From the human T2T-CHM13v2.0 reference genome, Homo sapiens, in NCBI RefSeq assembly GCF_009914755.1, contig NC_060929.1: DNA of 64,000 nt; one strand, 5' to 3'. Positions 1 through 15,089 of this stretch are shown in pieces (within the stretch, counting starts at the first letter, position 1; each line of letters begins with the position of its first letter). A program made the position numbers and the translations under genes. The notes beneath the pieces were generated by a model. That model did no database searches, was not told the DNA's origin, and saw nothing but the letters and a program-made list of their open reading frames with translations.

Positions 1-1189
1 GTAAATACAAAAAGTAAATAAATACAAATTTTAAAAAGGAAAAAACAAGTATTGACTCATAGCCAGGAATGGAAGCTATCTCAGGACTGTTTCCAGGGGT
101 TCAAATGGCACCTGCCTGGACGTCTCTCCTATTTCCATCTCTTTCTTCATTTCCCGCCTATGTGCATTGCCTCATCATTTTATTCCACTCATTTGTTTGA
201 GTGTAGCCAGAAATGCACACCTGCCCTGCTCATAAACTCACATGGACAGGGAGGCACTTTCTCTGAGCCTCACTCTGCCAGTGCTAGCAAGGACCGCAGA
301 TGGCCACTGCTGGGTCACATGCAATGTGCCTGGCTCAGTCCCAGTGCCCAAGGGAGCGGTCCAAGCCTTGGCCACGTCACCCATCCCTGCACAGGAAGTG
401 ATGAGTAGGGAAGGGGGCACCCTAATGGACATACTTGCTCAACTGCAGGGGAGAGGAAAGAGTCATCTTCCTAAGAAAGACATTCCAGGTAAACAAAACA
501 CCCTAGGTCCATTCGTGGACTTCCACCCAGTGGAGTAGGTGGGCAGAGGTGGCGGCTCTCAGTGCTGGAGCCCGTTGCTCATTCTATAGAAACCCTTCGC
601 CTCCCAGGAATGAAGGTCTAGAGGTTGTGCAGAGTTAATATGCAGAAAACTGTAAGGAATCAGAACTTTACAGCATCAAAGGACTTTGAGATCACAAACA
701 GCCTCCAGAAATACACTTTATTTTTGTTTTCTGTTCTGTATTTTTATATCAAATGTCAGATGATTGATGAAATAACATTTAATCACATGCACATTGGAGA
801 CACGGCTAAAGCTTTCAGTCTTGCCTCCAGCTGAGACCTGCCTGCCTCTGAGTCCTGATTTCAGTAACCTCCAGCTCAGTGTCTTTCCCTGAACATCACT
901 GTCTCCTACTCTAGAAAGAGTGAGAAAAAGTGGTAATGGGACCTTCTCCCCATGCAGATTATAGCCTTTAAGAACACAGACACTTATAAAATTTGAGCAG
1001 AAAATGCATTTCTTCATCTGTCTTGGCACAAGGACAACCACCGCTGGTCTCAGGTTATGTACGTTTCTACATGCAGACTCAGTCTCTGAGCTTAGGTAGA
1101 AACCTAGCGGAACTCAGTAAAAACTCAAGAATACCCTTAATGTATTTCTCACCAGCAACTACGTCTATTTGTCTTTCATGTTCCTATTT

Positions 1190-1303
1190 CACCAAGCCAT
1201 GAGGGATCTGCCCCCATCCCCCAGAGTCTCCAGCCAGGCCCCACCACCAACACTGGGGATTACATCTCAGCATGAGATTTGGAGGGACATCCAAACTATA
1301 TCA
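1190..1303 (-). mobile_element. MST-family (MSTB-like) MaLR LTR 5' fragment
   Basis: Ends ...CAACACTGGGGATTACATCTCAGCATGAGATTTGGAGGGACATCCAAACTATATCA, the reverse complement of the TGATATAGTTTGG MST LTR start. Confidence 0.75.
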
Positions 1304-1700
1304 GGAAGTAAAGTCATTTGCTGAAGAGCATATAGCTCAGAAGTCCTCCTAGCTTAAAATTCAAGCCCTTAACCCCAGGTTACCCCACTTTATAGAGGAG
1401 CTGATCTCTGATGCACAGCTAAAATGCATGTCCCCTCGGACGAGACATTTGACTAAAAAGTCTTTATGACTACAGTGCCTGGCCCGGGGGCTTGTGTCCT
1501 AGAAATAACAAACCAGTGAGTGAGAACCATCCTGGATGCCTGGTTGCGTATGAACCCATGGGCTCTCTGTGGTTTCCGGTCTTCCTGGGAGACAGGTGAA
1601 TAACGACCACCTGCATCCCTTTCCACAGAGACAGGGGCAGAATCTGAGCTGGAGTTCCCCAGTCTGGAGTCCCGTGCTCCTGACTTCAGAACTCACTCTA

Positions 1701-2002
<302 letters not shown>

Positions 2003-3739
2003 TCACTCTAATGCTCCAAGCAGCATGTAACTCTTGACCTTTCACGGTTTGGGGAGGATAAGCTCATGACAGAGGGCACTGATCATGGTGTCCAGCAAGT
2101 GGTGAGAATTCAGCAGATGTCAGACACTATTCCTCACCACTAACAAGATCATGACGGCATGTGTGTGCTGAAGACTCTCTCTGCAGCCACCACACTTAAA
2201 GAAAATTCATTGAGAGAGTACCAACATGGAGCATATTTTAAACATCTAAAATATTAAGATAATGTACGTATTAAACTCAAATTAATGGTATGCAAAGCAC
2301 TTTGATATCACTTTCAAATAAAGAATTAAAAGCATGGTACCAACATTACCAGAAGTCTAAATCCCCTGGCCTCCTAAGCCAAATACACGTGCCTAAGTTA
2401 GTTATCTCTTGGAAATGAGCTCAATGGAGTGGCTCTGCTATGGTCAAACTGTGCGGAACAGAATGACTGGCATTAAGTGCACCTTCAGAAGAAGTGGGCC
2501 GTTACTGCATTCTCACATGACCTAGTTAGTCCTGGTGAAAAGCCACTTATGAGGCAAAGCGAGTGGACATGAAGTGAGGATCTGCAATGGTTGTTGTAAC
2601 AGAAGGGAGCAGGACAGAGTCCGGAAAGCTAGAAACACTGTCACCCAGGACGTGTGCCCCCTGAATCAGCTGTGCCCTGGGACAGGAAGAAGCAGGCTGC
2701 ACAGGGTCATCAGAAAAGCTCTCGGCACAAGGCCAGACATGGGTGGCAGGGAACCTGGGTTCCTTGAGTGGACAAGACTGTGAAAGGGGATGGGTGGCCA
2801 CACACCAGGACCAGCCATGGTCACAGCAGCAGCCTCTTGTCCTTTCTCAAGGCTACAATTCCCAGGTCACTTCTCTCTGGATGCTGTCATCAGGAACAGG
2901 AACCTGGGAGCCCGGGTGGCTGGGATGGGCATGTAGGGACCAAAGAGGAGAAAATCAACCATTGGCACCTCCTACTCAGTGACTCCTGGTACAGAGGGCG
3001 CAGGACACGGAAGGAAGTGCTCTCCACTGGCCTGTCCCTGGACACACTCAGGTCCCTCTGTTGGTGAAGATGCCTTGCTAGAGGGCAGACTCATCTGCAT
3101 TCCTTAGGGGAGGTGACAATGTGATCCCACTTGTCCACTTGGGAGGTCTGTTTCCACTGCTTCCTCGCACCCCCCGCCAACCCTGCCCTTCCTCTGCTCC
3201 CCCACCTCCTTCTGCTCTGACCTCCCCACTCTGTCCCTTAGAGCCTTCTCTGGGAAGTGGGTAGCATCTACTCCCTTGAGGAGCCCCTACTCCATGCTTG
3301 TGTGAGCAGGCCTAGGAGCACTTTAGGAGAACAGGGCCTTCCCATGATGGGCAGGAGGCCAGGAGGAAGTGAGTGGTTTCCTTTGACATCTGGGTCACTG
3401 AAATAAGCTTTGCATGTTTAGTAAACACATAAGACCACATGTTGGCAACTAACAAAAATTAAAAGCTCCTCTACCCTCTGCCGTTCCATGGGAGTAGCTG
3501 TGCCTACAGGAACAGCATTGAAAAAACATTGCTAAAAGGCAACAAGGAGGGCACAGCAGCCACATGGTCAGACGAATGTAGTCGTTTCCTTTCAACCCCC
3601 ATGTTCACCCTGGAGAGTGATGGCCTGGGTCGGGCAGGCCAGGCTGGCAGCCTGCAGTGGGCAGCTTGGGTGACCTGACGCAGAGGCCCCGGGTGGAGTG
3701 AAGCCCTGAATGGGGACTGCACCCGGCAAATGAGACTCG

Positions 3740-4460
3740 TTCCCACGCTTGCTGCTGTTCAGACGCGCCGGGCATGCTCCCTGCTCCGTACGGACCCTTT
3801 GCTCTGCCTTCTGCCATCTGTCTTTTAAAATGTTAACCTCTGCAGGCTGGAATGAGTGTAAGGTTTACTTTTATTTTCATTTTTTAAAAATCCTAATCTC
3901 ATGTCTCCTTGGAAATGCCCTCTCAAAAATGAAAAGACACTGCTTTCTCGACATAAAGCCATTTGGGATGGTTTCAGCGTGTTCGCTGGGGCACCCATTT
4001 ACCCTGCAGTAAGAATTCTGCCGTGACTCGAGGCAGAGCCTCCGCAGACCCCCCTGCCTGCCCCTCGAGCCACGCAGGTGGTGGGAGCTCTGGATCCTCT
4101 GTTTACAAATCATTAATGAAGTGATTGTGGCCCTTTTCACTTGCTCACACTTTTGAACTGTGCGGAGTGACACATTCCTTAATGGGGGGACACAAGGGCA
4201 GAGAGAAGCCCACAACAGTCTTATTATGGGGGCCGCACAAACGCCGGCCGTGCCGGGGTTTATATTAACCCAATCAATTAAGGATGGACGGAAAGACCCG
4301 GCCCAGGGCACTGGGAAAAGCAGCGCGCTCCCAGGAGTTGCTAGGCACGCGGAGCCGGCCTCCAAAGTGTCCCCTCGGCGCTGGAGCTGCGCTTTCTTCC
4401 TGCACAATAAAAGGCCCTTTGAAAGCCGAGCTTTCCTAGCCGCACAAGCACTGGAAGTCA
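3740..4460. promoter_or_regulatory. Candidate enhancer (CpG-enriched, repeat-free, FOX/homeodomain motifs)
   Basis: Visible CpG retention; TGTTTAC 4100, CATTAATG 4111, ATCAATTA 4273, CAATAAAA 4405. Function is inferred only. Confidence 0.45.
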
Positions 4461-6199
4461 CTGCATTCTCTGAATGAAATAAATGTCTCTTTTTAATTCC
4501 TATAAGGTTTGTGTAAATTCCCCTCAGTGCAGCACCATTAGGATTCTGCAGGAAAGACGCATACATTAGACTGTACTGTATGGCTTTTGTGCTCTGCGCA
4601 TCAACTCTCCCCTGCCCCTGATGCAGAGTCTCGAAGCTTCAATCAAGTGTGGGCTCCTGCCGGGGACGCAAGCTGCACTGGACACTGAAGCCACCTTTGT
4701 GCTCGGGGGCCTCATTTGAATAAGCAGCATGTTGTCACTGGGGAAGGCAGATGGCCCGAGTGTTCCATCCCAGCAGAAAGGGAGAGGGAAACAGAGAATT
4801 TTATTCATTTTGTCCTTTCATTAAACTAAAACATTTCTTGGACTACTAAATTTCCCAACCACACACCACCGCCACCCAGGGAAGCGCCTGCTCTGTGTGG
4901 CTTCCATGCGTCCTGCCACAGGATAAGACAGTGACTGGATTCCTCAACTTTTCCCCGCTTCCCACCCTCGCCCTGGCTGCTTCTCTGTGTAGAATGCAGG
5001 GAGCTCCACATTCACAAACTGCCTAGGAAGTCGCCCAGGCACACGGGAGGGCTTTCTTTCCAGCGGGGCTCCGGGCTGCTTTCACGTTGTGTATTCAGCT
5101 GTGACTCAACTTAAATTAAACACCACATCATGAGTTGAACAAGTGGTCAGGGGAGATTTAGGGCTGTACATAAATTGTCAGACTTAAAAGCTTCATTTCA
5201 AGCCGTATTATGTTCTCTCTTCTAGGCTGGCAGGTATTTTCCTTCCTAATGTTAGGAAGGTTTGCATCTCCACCACTGAGTTGTCCAGAGATTTCCAACA
5301 TAACTGAAACTCCCTTGATTTGGAGGGAAGGGAAAGACGGCTGGTGGGGGCTGCTATCTTCAAACATTCATGTAATTCCTAAAGTATAGGAGGCTGCCAT
5401 GCTCACTGGGTGGATGGAATGAAAGGGTCTTTGCTTGGGTCCCCCACTGCCTGCCTACTTCTTTGATGGAACTACACCAGCAGTGTCTCTGAAACTGGAA
5501 AGAGATCAATTCATGAATCACCCAATACTTTATGTCTTGAAGTGTATTTCAAGTGGGTTAATGAGGGTCTCCAGGAAGCAAAAGTATTAAGTAAAACATT
5601 GTTAAGCTGGAATGTACCTGTGAAATTTCCCTGGCAAATTATTAGAGCCAAACTTATAATCCCTTTTAATACAAAAAGGATTCCTTTGAGTTTCAATTTT
5701 TAAACACTTTATTTTGTGGGCTTTGGGTGGAGAAGAGGGGTTCATCTTAGAAAATATGTTGAGCATTCAATAGCTTTCCTAGAAGCCTCTCCTCTCTTCT
5801 TAAGAAAAAAAGAAAAAAAGAAAGAAAAGAAAATTTTCAGCATGATGATTATTCAGAAAACGATTATTCATCATTTTTCATGAATAGAAAGACAACATTC
5901 TTCATTATCCAGTTCAAATTTGTTTTGCAAGTAAGAAGTGTAAAAGTTACTTTAAACATAAAATCTTTATAAAAAAAAGTCTAGGTAGTTGAAAAAAATA
6001 AACCACAAGGCTAGCAGTATGCACTTCATTATAAAGGTCACCTGTATAGTTTATACATAGATCAAATCTTATTTAGTTAAAATGCTAAATACATGAAATT
6101 TCTTTTTTAAATATATCTGTCTAATTTGTACATGTGTGCTTATCCCTATTTAGTACTATCGTTTGTGTGTGGTATTGATGAGATCCTGCGTTTCTTTCT

Positions 6200-6500
6200 T
6201 TCAACTTCACTTATGGTATTGAAATGAAACTTTATGGTATAAACAGAAGACGCTGCTTTGGCATGCATTTGGGGAGAGGGTTTAATCCCTTGTAATGTGT
6301 TACTTGAATCAAACACTTGACATAATTTAACAGCAGCCATGTTCTCCCAGCATGTAAGTTAATACCTGGGTGTAAGGTCATGTCTGTGTACACTCTGTAA
6401 AACAAATCACAGTACAGCAAACACAGTCCATATTGTCCCCGCTGTCAGTCTTCCCAATTAATATAGATGACTGCAGCCACGTCCATCAGGAAGTGGCCCT
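6200..6500. promoter_or_regulatory. Candidate conserved non-coding element/enhancer
   Basis: Unique sequence with TTTATGG 6231, CACTTGA 6314, TGACATAATTTA 6318, AAGGTCA 6374, GTAAAACAAA 6397. Confidence 0.35.
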
Positions 6501-7929
6501 CATCAGTCATGGAGGCGGCAGGGGAGCCCATGTTTGCAAAGGGTTTGAGCTGGCCCCTGTCTGCCGTCTTTGCAGGGGTAGATGAGAACTTTGGGGAATG
6601 GACTAAAGGGAAGAGGTCCATTTTTTAATATCCATCTGGGATCAGATAATAAAGTCCAGGGGCATGAATACATTTGGAAAATTTCCCAAAAGGGTTTACT
6701 AACAAGGGGAGGCTCTTGTATCTGGGGAAACTCAACCTCAATAAATTACTCATTGATTAAAACAAACAAACAAAAATATACAGTTTCCATTATGTCATAT
6801 AAAATAGGCTATGATTGGATGATTTTAATTTAATGGCCATAGCAGCATTTTTTTCTCCATCCTTCTGTCCTTTCTTCCTTTTTTCAGCAAAAAAAATTTG
6901 AACACATTGAATGTATACTAACCTTAATTACTATAAATATACTCAAAGAATGTAGAAGTAAAGGAAAGGCTAACTTGATCGATTGAACACAGCATTTACT
7001 TTTATTTCCTCTCCTCTTCTGTCATCTAAAAAGGCATAAATTCAAAGAGAAGGGAAGACGAAGATAACAAAATACTGGAAATTGAAAAGGGAGGGAATGG
7101 GAGGTTGAAGCATGAAGGTCTACCGTTAGCTGCCCAGGCAGTGTAAGGGAGGGGACTCACTGGGATCTTGAGTAGACGGCACTGGTCATAGTTCTCTAGG
7201 CAGCAGGAGAGCAGAAGGTAGACACTGTACCTAAACTGGTGATTAAGTGAAAGTTTGCATCCCTGACCTTGGAGACGCACGACCTCTTCCCCATCAGTTC
7301 CCCAAGGCTAGGTTTCCTTCCCTAGAAGATACTGAAGATTTTTTCTAAGGAAAAACATTGAAATGGGGGAAAGGACACACAGATCCTGACATTGGTGTTA
7401 CTAGCGAGACATACCCATCCACCCTCCATCACCCCGTAGGAAAACCACCAGTCAGCAGGCTCCACCTGCTGGAGCCTGGGTGGAGACCAGAGCTTGGAAA
7501 GACTTTTCCACATCCCTTTCTGAAATATGAAGGAAGAGCCAAAAAGCATCAGACACTAAAAGAAAGTCAGAGACTACAATCAACAGGCTTGAAAGGAACA
7601 TGAAGGGAACAGTGGCAAAGCAGAGAGCAGATGACTCAGAGGACGTTGCATCCATGAGCTGAGAACTAGATGCTATAAAAGTAAATGTTTAAGAAGTAGG
7701 AAAAAGTTCTGGGAAGTTATTTTATGTAACATTTTATGTAATATGTTTATATGAAAATATTACATAAAATAACTTCCCAGAACTTTTTTTAACTTGCCAT
7801 AAATTATACATATAATAAATATGTTTTTGTTTTATATATAGCATATAAATTATATAGGTGTGTATGGATGTATGTATAAATTTTAAAAATACATAGAATG
7901 AGAAAACAAACTTGAGGAAATCTTTCATA

Positions 7930-9220
7930 TGGTAGACCAAAAGACAAAGAGATGAAAAATGGGGAAAAATGAGAAAATTAGAGGATCAACTCACAAATTT
8001 TACTAATAAGGGAGAGAACAGAGAAATAGATGATAAGAAATAAGAAAATTAAAGAAACTGCAGATTACATCAGGTTCCTTAGTCAAAGCTTCCATTGACC
8101 ACCCAGAACAATGAAAGTTTAAAAGACAAACACACAGACACACACACACCCCGCCAAAACTAAACAAATAAAGCCACCTTAAGACACAGCACATTGTTTT
8201 AAAATTTCAGGACACTGGAAATGAGGAGAAGATTCTAAAATATTCCAGGAGGGGAGGAAAGGCTTGGTAATAATTCTTATGGACTGAGGATGAGCATGAA
8301 TAGGGAGGGTCTGAGTGCAGTGCTTCCTTACCAAGAATTCTATACCCAGCTATACTAGCTGTACTAACCAATGGTGAAGAACAAATAAAGGCCTTTTCAG
8401 AAATTTGAGACCTCAGCATATTACTCATATGCGCTCCTTCTTCAGAAGCTGCATAGAGTGCATACTCTACTAAAACTTGTGTATATACAAGTCGAGAAAA
8501 TAGAAGGCCAGGATTCAGGAAACAGGATCTGATGTAGGAGGGAAACAGACATGCATCCCTGGATGATGCAGGATCATCCCAGAGAAAAGACAGTGTGGGT
8601 TGAAGCAGGGAAATTGAGGGTTTCTGTGGGAAGTCACAAAGAAGAAAAAATGGAAAAATATAGGACTAAATTTTTTTTAAAACCTTGACAAAATGGTACA
8701 TAGAAAATAAAACATATGCACGAAAAAGTAACTGATAATTCAAATAAAAGCAGAAAAAGTTGTTCAACAAAGGCAATATAACCATAGTATATTCTGTGCA
8801 GCAGATAAGATGAAACACATCAAGATAAGCACCAAAAGCTATTTTACCAAAATTTGAAACACAATTACCTTGGAATTATATATCAGAAGGAATGTGGAGT
8901 GAGAAATGAAAGGATGTGTGATATAAAAATTAATTCTAATATTTCATATAGAAGATTAATAGGTAAGGTCTAAAACAGAAAAGTTAAATAATAGAAATGT
9001 ATGTCATTTAGATATACAGAGAAACATATCACAAAGAAAAAGAGGGAAAATATTGAAAGTGACTGTTGTCAGAGTTCTAACTAGAGGTAGAAAAGGGGGG
9101 CAGGGAAATGCCTTATTTTGTAATAAGGCTTTCTGGACTGTTTGGTTTTATAATCTACTTCTGCGTGTTATTTATTTTGATAAAAATTAAGTTATAAATA
9201 GGAGAAAAATAAAAATTAAA
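7930..9220 (+). mobile_element. Highly degenerate L1M/HAL1-like remnant
   Basis: A-rich plus strand; ORF1-like motif CCAAGAATTCTATACCCAGC...AAATAAAGGCCTTTTCAGA; L1ME-like 3' end near 9050-9210. Confidence 0.5.
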
Positions 9221-9452
9221 GGACTCACTCTTTGAGAAATTTTGAGTTAGACTGTGCAAGATTTTAGGACAACTATGCATTTTAAGAGAATATTCCACAC
9301 TTACTTCTGACACAATTTCAAGTTCTGGGGTCCCCAAGACCACTCTCAGTTTTGATAATTCACTAGAAACACTCACAGAACTCACTGAAACTTATTATAC
9401 TCACGGTTAGGATTTATTGCAGGGAAAGGATGCAGATTAAAATCCACCAAGG

Positions 9453-9753
9453 GGCTGGGGTGCAGTGGCTCAGGCCTGTAATCCCTGCACTTTAGAGGCT
9501 GAGGGGGGTGGATCACCTGAGGTCAGCAGTTCGAGACCAGCCTGGCCAATTTGGTGAAACCCCATCTCTCCAAAAAAAGAAAAAAATTAGCTGGGTGTGG
9601 TGGCACTGCCTGTAATCCCAGCTACTGGTGAGGCTGAGGCAGGAGAGTTGCTTGAACCCAGGAAGCAGAGGATGCCCTGAGCCAAGATCGTACCACTGCA
9701 CTCCAGCCAGAGTGAGATTCCACCACTAAATAAATAAATAAAATAAAATAAAA
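9453..9753 (+). mobile_element. AluS inserted in MER21
   Basis: Dimeric Alu with (TAAA)n tail; degenerate TSD AAATCCACCAAGG / AAACCCATCAAGG. Confidence 0.95.
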
Positions 9754-10176
9754 CCCATCAAGGGAAGAAGCACACATGGTAGAATCTAGGAAGATTTCAG
9801 CCATGAAGCTTCCACTTCTCATCTCCTTAGGGAGTCACAGTGATCTACCTTCCTGGCTTTGAGGTGTGACAATATTTACAAAGCCGTGCCAGCCAGGGAC
9901 ACTTACCTGTCCAGAGTTTTCATTGGGACCCCATTATGTAGGCATGATGGATTCATTGGTTGTCCATGTGGCTAACCTCAGTCCCCAGCCTCCAGCCCTT
10001 GCAGCAGTGACTCAGACCCCTCATCCTAAATCACATTCATTGTCGTTCTTGTCATGGCCAGTCCCCACCCAGATATGGTGTGGCCAGCTACCACCCTAAA
10101 CAAAAACACTTCTACCAGGCCTCTCAGAGATCACTTCTTAGAAGTCAAGGACAAAGGCAGATATCTTCTTGGGCAA

Positions 10177-10475
10177 TTTTTATTTTTTTTTTTTTAGGCA
10201 GAGTTTCGCTTCATTGCCCAGGCTGGAGTGCAGTGGTGCAATCTTGGCTCACTGCAACCTCCACCTCTAAGGTTCAAACGATTCTCCTGCCTCAGCCTCC
10301 TGAGTAGCTGGGATTACAGGCATCTGCCATCACACCTGGCTAATTTTTGTATTTTTAGTAGAGATGGGGTTTTCCCATGTTGGCCAGGCTGGTCTCCAAC
10401 TCCTGGCCTCAAGTGGTCCGCCTGCCTTGGCCTCCCAATGTGCTGGAATTACAGGCATGAGCCACCACGCTCAGG
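10177..10475 (-). mobile_element. AluS inserted in MER21
   Basis: Poly-T followed by antisense Alu; CAATTTTTA on both sides. Confidence 0.95.
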
Positions 10476-11312
10476 ACAATTTTTAAATACACAGAGTATA
10501 ACTGACATTACCATTAAAGTATGTGATTTCCAGCTTTCTATTCTTCTTTTATTACTGCCCCACAGGAGGGAAGACTCAGCAGTAAAAGGGGAGGTTAAGG
10601 CATGGATGAGAGCTATATTCCTCTATTGCCTTAAATTGTATTTTTAATCACTGCAAATATCCCAATGAAAGCTCCGACATTTTGCCCAAATGCTATATTT
10701 ACATGATATTAAGGCCTGGCACTAGTTGATCTCACGTGAAATTTGACTTCATCATAATTGAGGATTATTATTCCATTCTGAAGTTTCTCAGTATGGATAT
10801 AAAGAAGTTAACATTTTCTTCATCCTAATGGTCAATAAAAAGAAGTTTAATCTCCAGAAATAGTTTCTGCCTGAATTGAAGTCTTATTTTATATATTAAA
10901 TGCATTATTTGGAATTTTCTGAAATGAACATTTTTTTCTGTGCTAAAACAGGTACAAAAATATTGCCACTTTTAAAGAAACTTCTTTATGCAGGCAGGCA
11001 GTATCTCGATTTTAAAGGGAAAACAGCTGTTTCACAGATGTATGCACATACATACATATCTCCATTCATATAAGATTATTCTCCCATTTTCTTATTGAAT
11101 CCAGAGTAAAATAAAACCAGTCCAGATGAATGATGGGCTATAAGCTTCCCAAAGTCAGTTCTGGTAACTTCCCATGGAGTTCAGTTGAACTTTCTACAAA
11201 TCTGGCTACATCAACTATTTAACACACTCTGCTTCCTATTTCCACCTCCTTTAAGATAAATGTTCCTACAATTTTGTTTTCAGAGGGTTTGTATCATATT
11301 AGATCCTAAGCA

Positions 11313-12873
<1,561 letters not shown>

Positions 12874-13279
12874 ATGACAGAGAGATACAGAGAGGCAGGG
12901 GCTGATTCATGGGTTTTCTTTTTGTTTTTGTTTTTATCATTCAGGATTTCTTTTAGGTTTTTCCTACATTTAATTTTGACTGAATTTCGACAAAGACAAT
13001 CATCAAAATTAAATGAGGGGCTATAGTTATTAGAAGCAATTCAAACAGAATGAAATACAGCTTGCTGAAATGAAAGTCCTTCATAAAATCTCCCCTTCTG
13101 CTTTCATGGCCCTAAGGCATTTTGAGCTTCTAGTGGTCTAGGTTATTCAAAAGACAGTGTATCTTGAAAGTTTCTGTAGTTGTCCTACTGAAAATTAATG
13201 TAGTTTCAAAAGGTCTCAATTTCATTTCAAAAGCAGGCACATCCTGTGTCCCCAGCAGACAAAACAAGGGCAGAGAAGA

Positions 13280-14299
13280 TGTTACAGTAGGTAGCTAGTC
13301 AGGCATGAGCAGGGCGGGGGAGGGCTTCCCCCTCATCCCTGCAACACAGCAGGAATGTCAGGTGACCACCAGGTGCTGGTCAGGCGATTAACGCATTCTC
13401 TAAAATAATAATTGGAGGCCAGGAGCGGTAGCTCATGCCTGTAATCCCAACACTTTGGGAGGCCGAGGAGGGATGATCACTTGAGGCCAGGAGTTTGAGA
13501 CCAGCCTGGCCAACATGGTGAAACCTTGTCTCTACTAAAAATACAAAAATTAGCCGGGCGTGGTGGTGCACACTTGTAATCCCAGCGACCAGGGAGGCTA
13601 AGGCAGGAGGGTCACTTGAACCTGGGAGGCAGAGGCTGCAGTGAGCCACTGCACTCTAGCATGAGAGACAGAATGAGACTCTGTCTCAATAAAAATAAAA
13701 ATAAAATAAAATAATAATTGGTTGGAGCTAATGCCGGGGAAAGGCAGGCTCCTGGCAGATAAAAAACAGCTGAAGCTGGAGATCAGCAGCTTCCAGATAA
13801 GATCTCGGGAGTTGGGCGAGTGGGCTCAAGCATACACACTAAGAGGCAAAACAGTGGCGTTTAGCTGGAATAGTATACTGGTAAGGGAAGAACGTCTCAA
13901 GTAAGCATGCACACAGCTCCAATAAACACACAGCCCATGCTCCCCTCCCAAGGGCTGGCAGGCCACTGCACATGTGGACAGCCCAACCCGAGGGGAGAAG
14001 GAATGCAGGATCCCAAAAGGATGACAACATATGAAACATGTGCCAACATATGAAGCCCCAAGTCAAAGGTCAAGCCGTGCACTTGATCTCTCGAATCACC
14101 CACTTGGCCCTCTTCCAAGTGTAGTTTTATTTCCTCTCATTCCTGTTCTAAAGCTTTTTCATAAACTTTCACTCCTGCTCCAAAACTTGCCTCAGTCTCT
14201 CCTTCTGCCTTCTGCCCCTCCGTCAAATTATTTCTTCTGAGGAGGTGAGAATTGAGTCTGCTGTAGACCCAGATGGATATGGATTTACTGCCCATAACA
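13280..14299 (+). mobile_element. MER50-family ERV1 solo LTR with Alu insertion
   Basis: TGTTACAGTAGGTAGCTAGTCAGGCATGAGCAGGGC start, ...CCCATAACA end (TG...CA); flanks AAGA/AAGG. Confidence 0.8.
13417..13707 (+). mobile_element. Alu (AluJb/Sz-like) inside MER50
   Basis: TSD AAAATAATAATTGG at 13402-13415 and 13708-13721; small right-arm deletion. Confidence 0.95.
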
Positions 14300-15089
14300 A
14301 AGGCACTGCAAGGCTGGCTGCACGGGAGTTTCAGGTTCTCCTCTTGCCCCCAGGTGAGTGCTGGATGTCTGCAGTAGACTCAGACTGGCCACGCATGGTC
14401 CATGCCCATCTACTGACACCTACACCCTGCCCCTGACCTGGAAGCCGTCCCTCCCTCTGTGAGTGTGTGGGAGGGGAGGAACTGAGGCTGGGGGTTCCAC
14501 CTCTGAATCCAGCTTCACCTCAGTTCCTGCTTCACAATCACTCACAGGGTGTGGCCAGGGCTGGACTGGACTCTGGAGAGCATATGGCCTGTGTAGAGCC
14601 CCTGAGGCTTGGGAGGGCCAGCAAGAGAGCTGGGCTGGGCAGGTATCCTGTGGGCACTTGGGGGCTGCAGGAAGAACCACCATGAAAGAGGCAGCGTTGG
14701 AAAGTAAGAGGACAGTGATTCCAGGCACATGTGAACCCAGGGCCAGGCCTCCCTGCAGGGTCAGAGCCTGCAAATGCTTCTCCTTTCGCTCTTCAGCCAG
14801 GCTGAGGGGGATTTTTACATCCAACCAGCATCACTTCACAGACACCTGTCCATTCCATTCTCCCGAGCCTCTATTTCCTTACATGCCTTAGCCCAGGAAG
14901 AATCAGGCTGCATCTGTTTTCAGCAAACACACAAATAATAACATAAAATCCTATCCTATCATATACATCTCATAAAAACCAGAAGCAGCAAAGGTTGAAC
15001 TTGGATTTTTGGTCCATTTAGACTTTTAGAAACTAGCAAAGGCATAAAGCTTTTTGCGAATCTTCCAGCAAGCTGAGAAGGGATAATTA

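Larger units (their letters stand above)
9290..10493 (-). mobile_element. MER21-family (MER21C-like) ERVL LTR interrupted by two Alus
   Basis: ACTTCTGACAC...GGGGTCCCCAAGACCAC...ACTCACAGAACTCACTGAAA...CAGATTAAAATC and terminal GGACAAAGGCAGA...TTGGGCAA...TACACA match the MER21 reverse complement. Confidence 0.75.

Noticed and set aside
3877-4566. Longest ORF (229 aa, minus strand)
   Set aside because: No recognisable domain or homology; a long stop-free frame is plausible by chance in this GC/CpG-rich patch. It would need Ribo-seq or PhyloCSF support.
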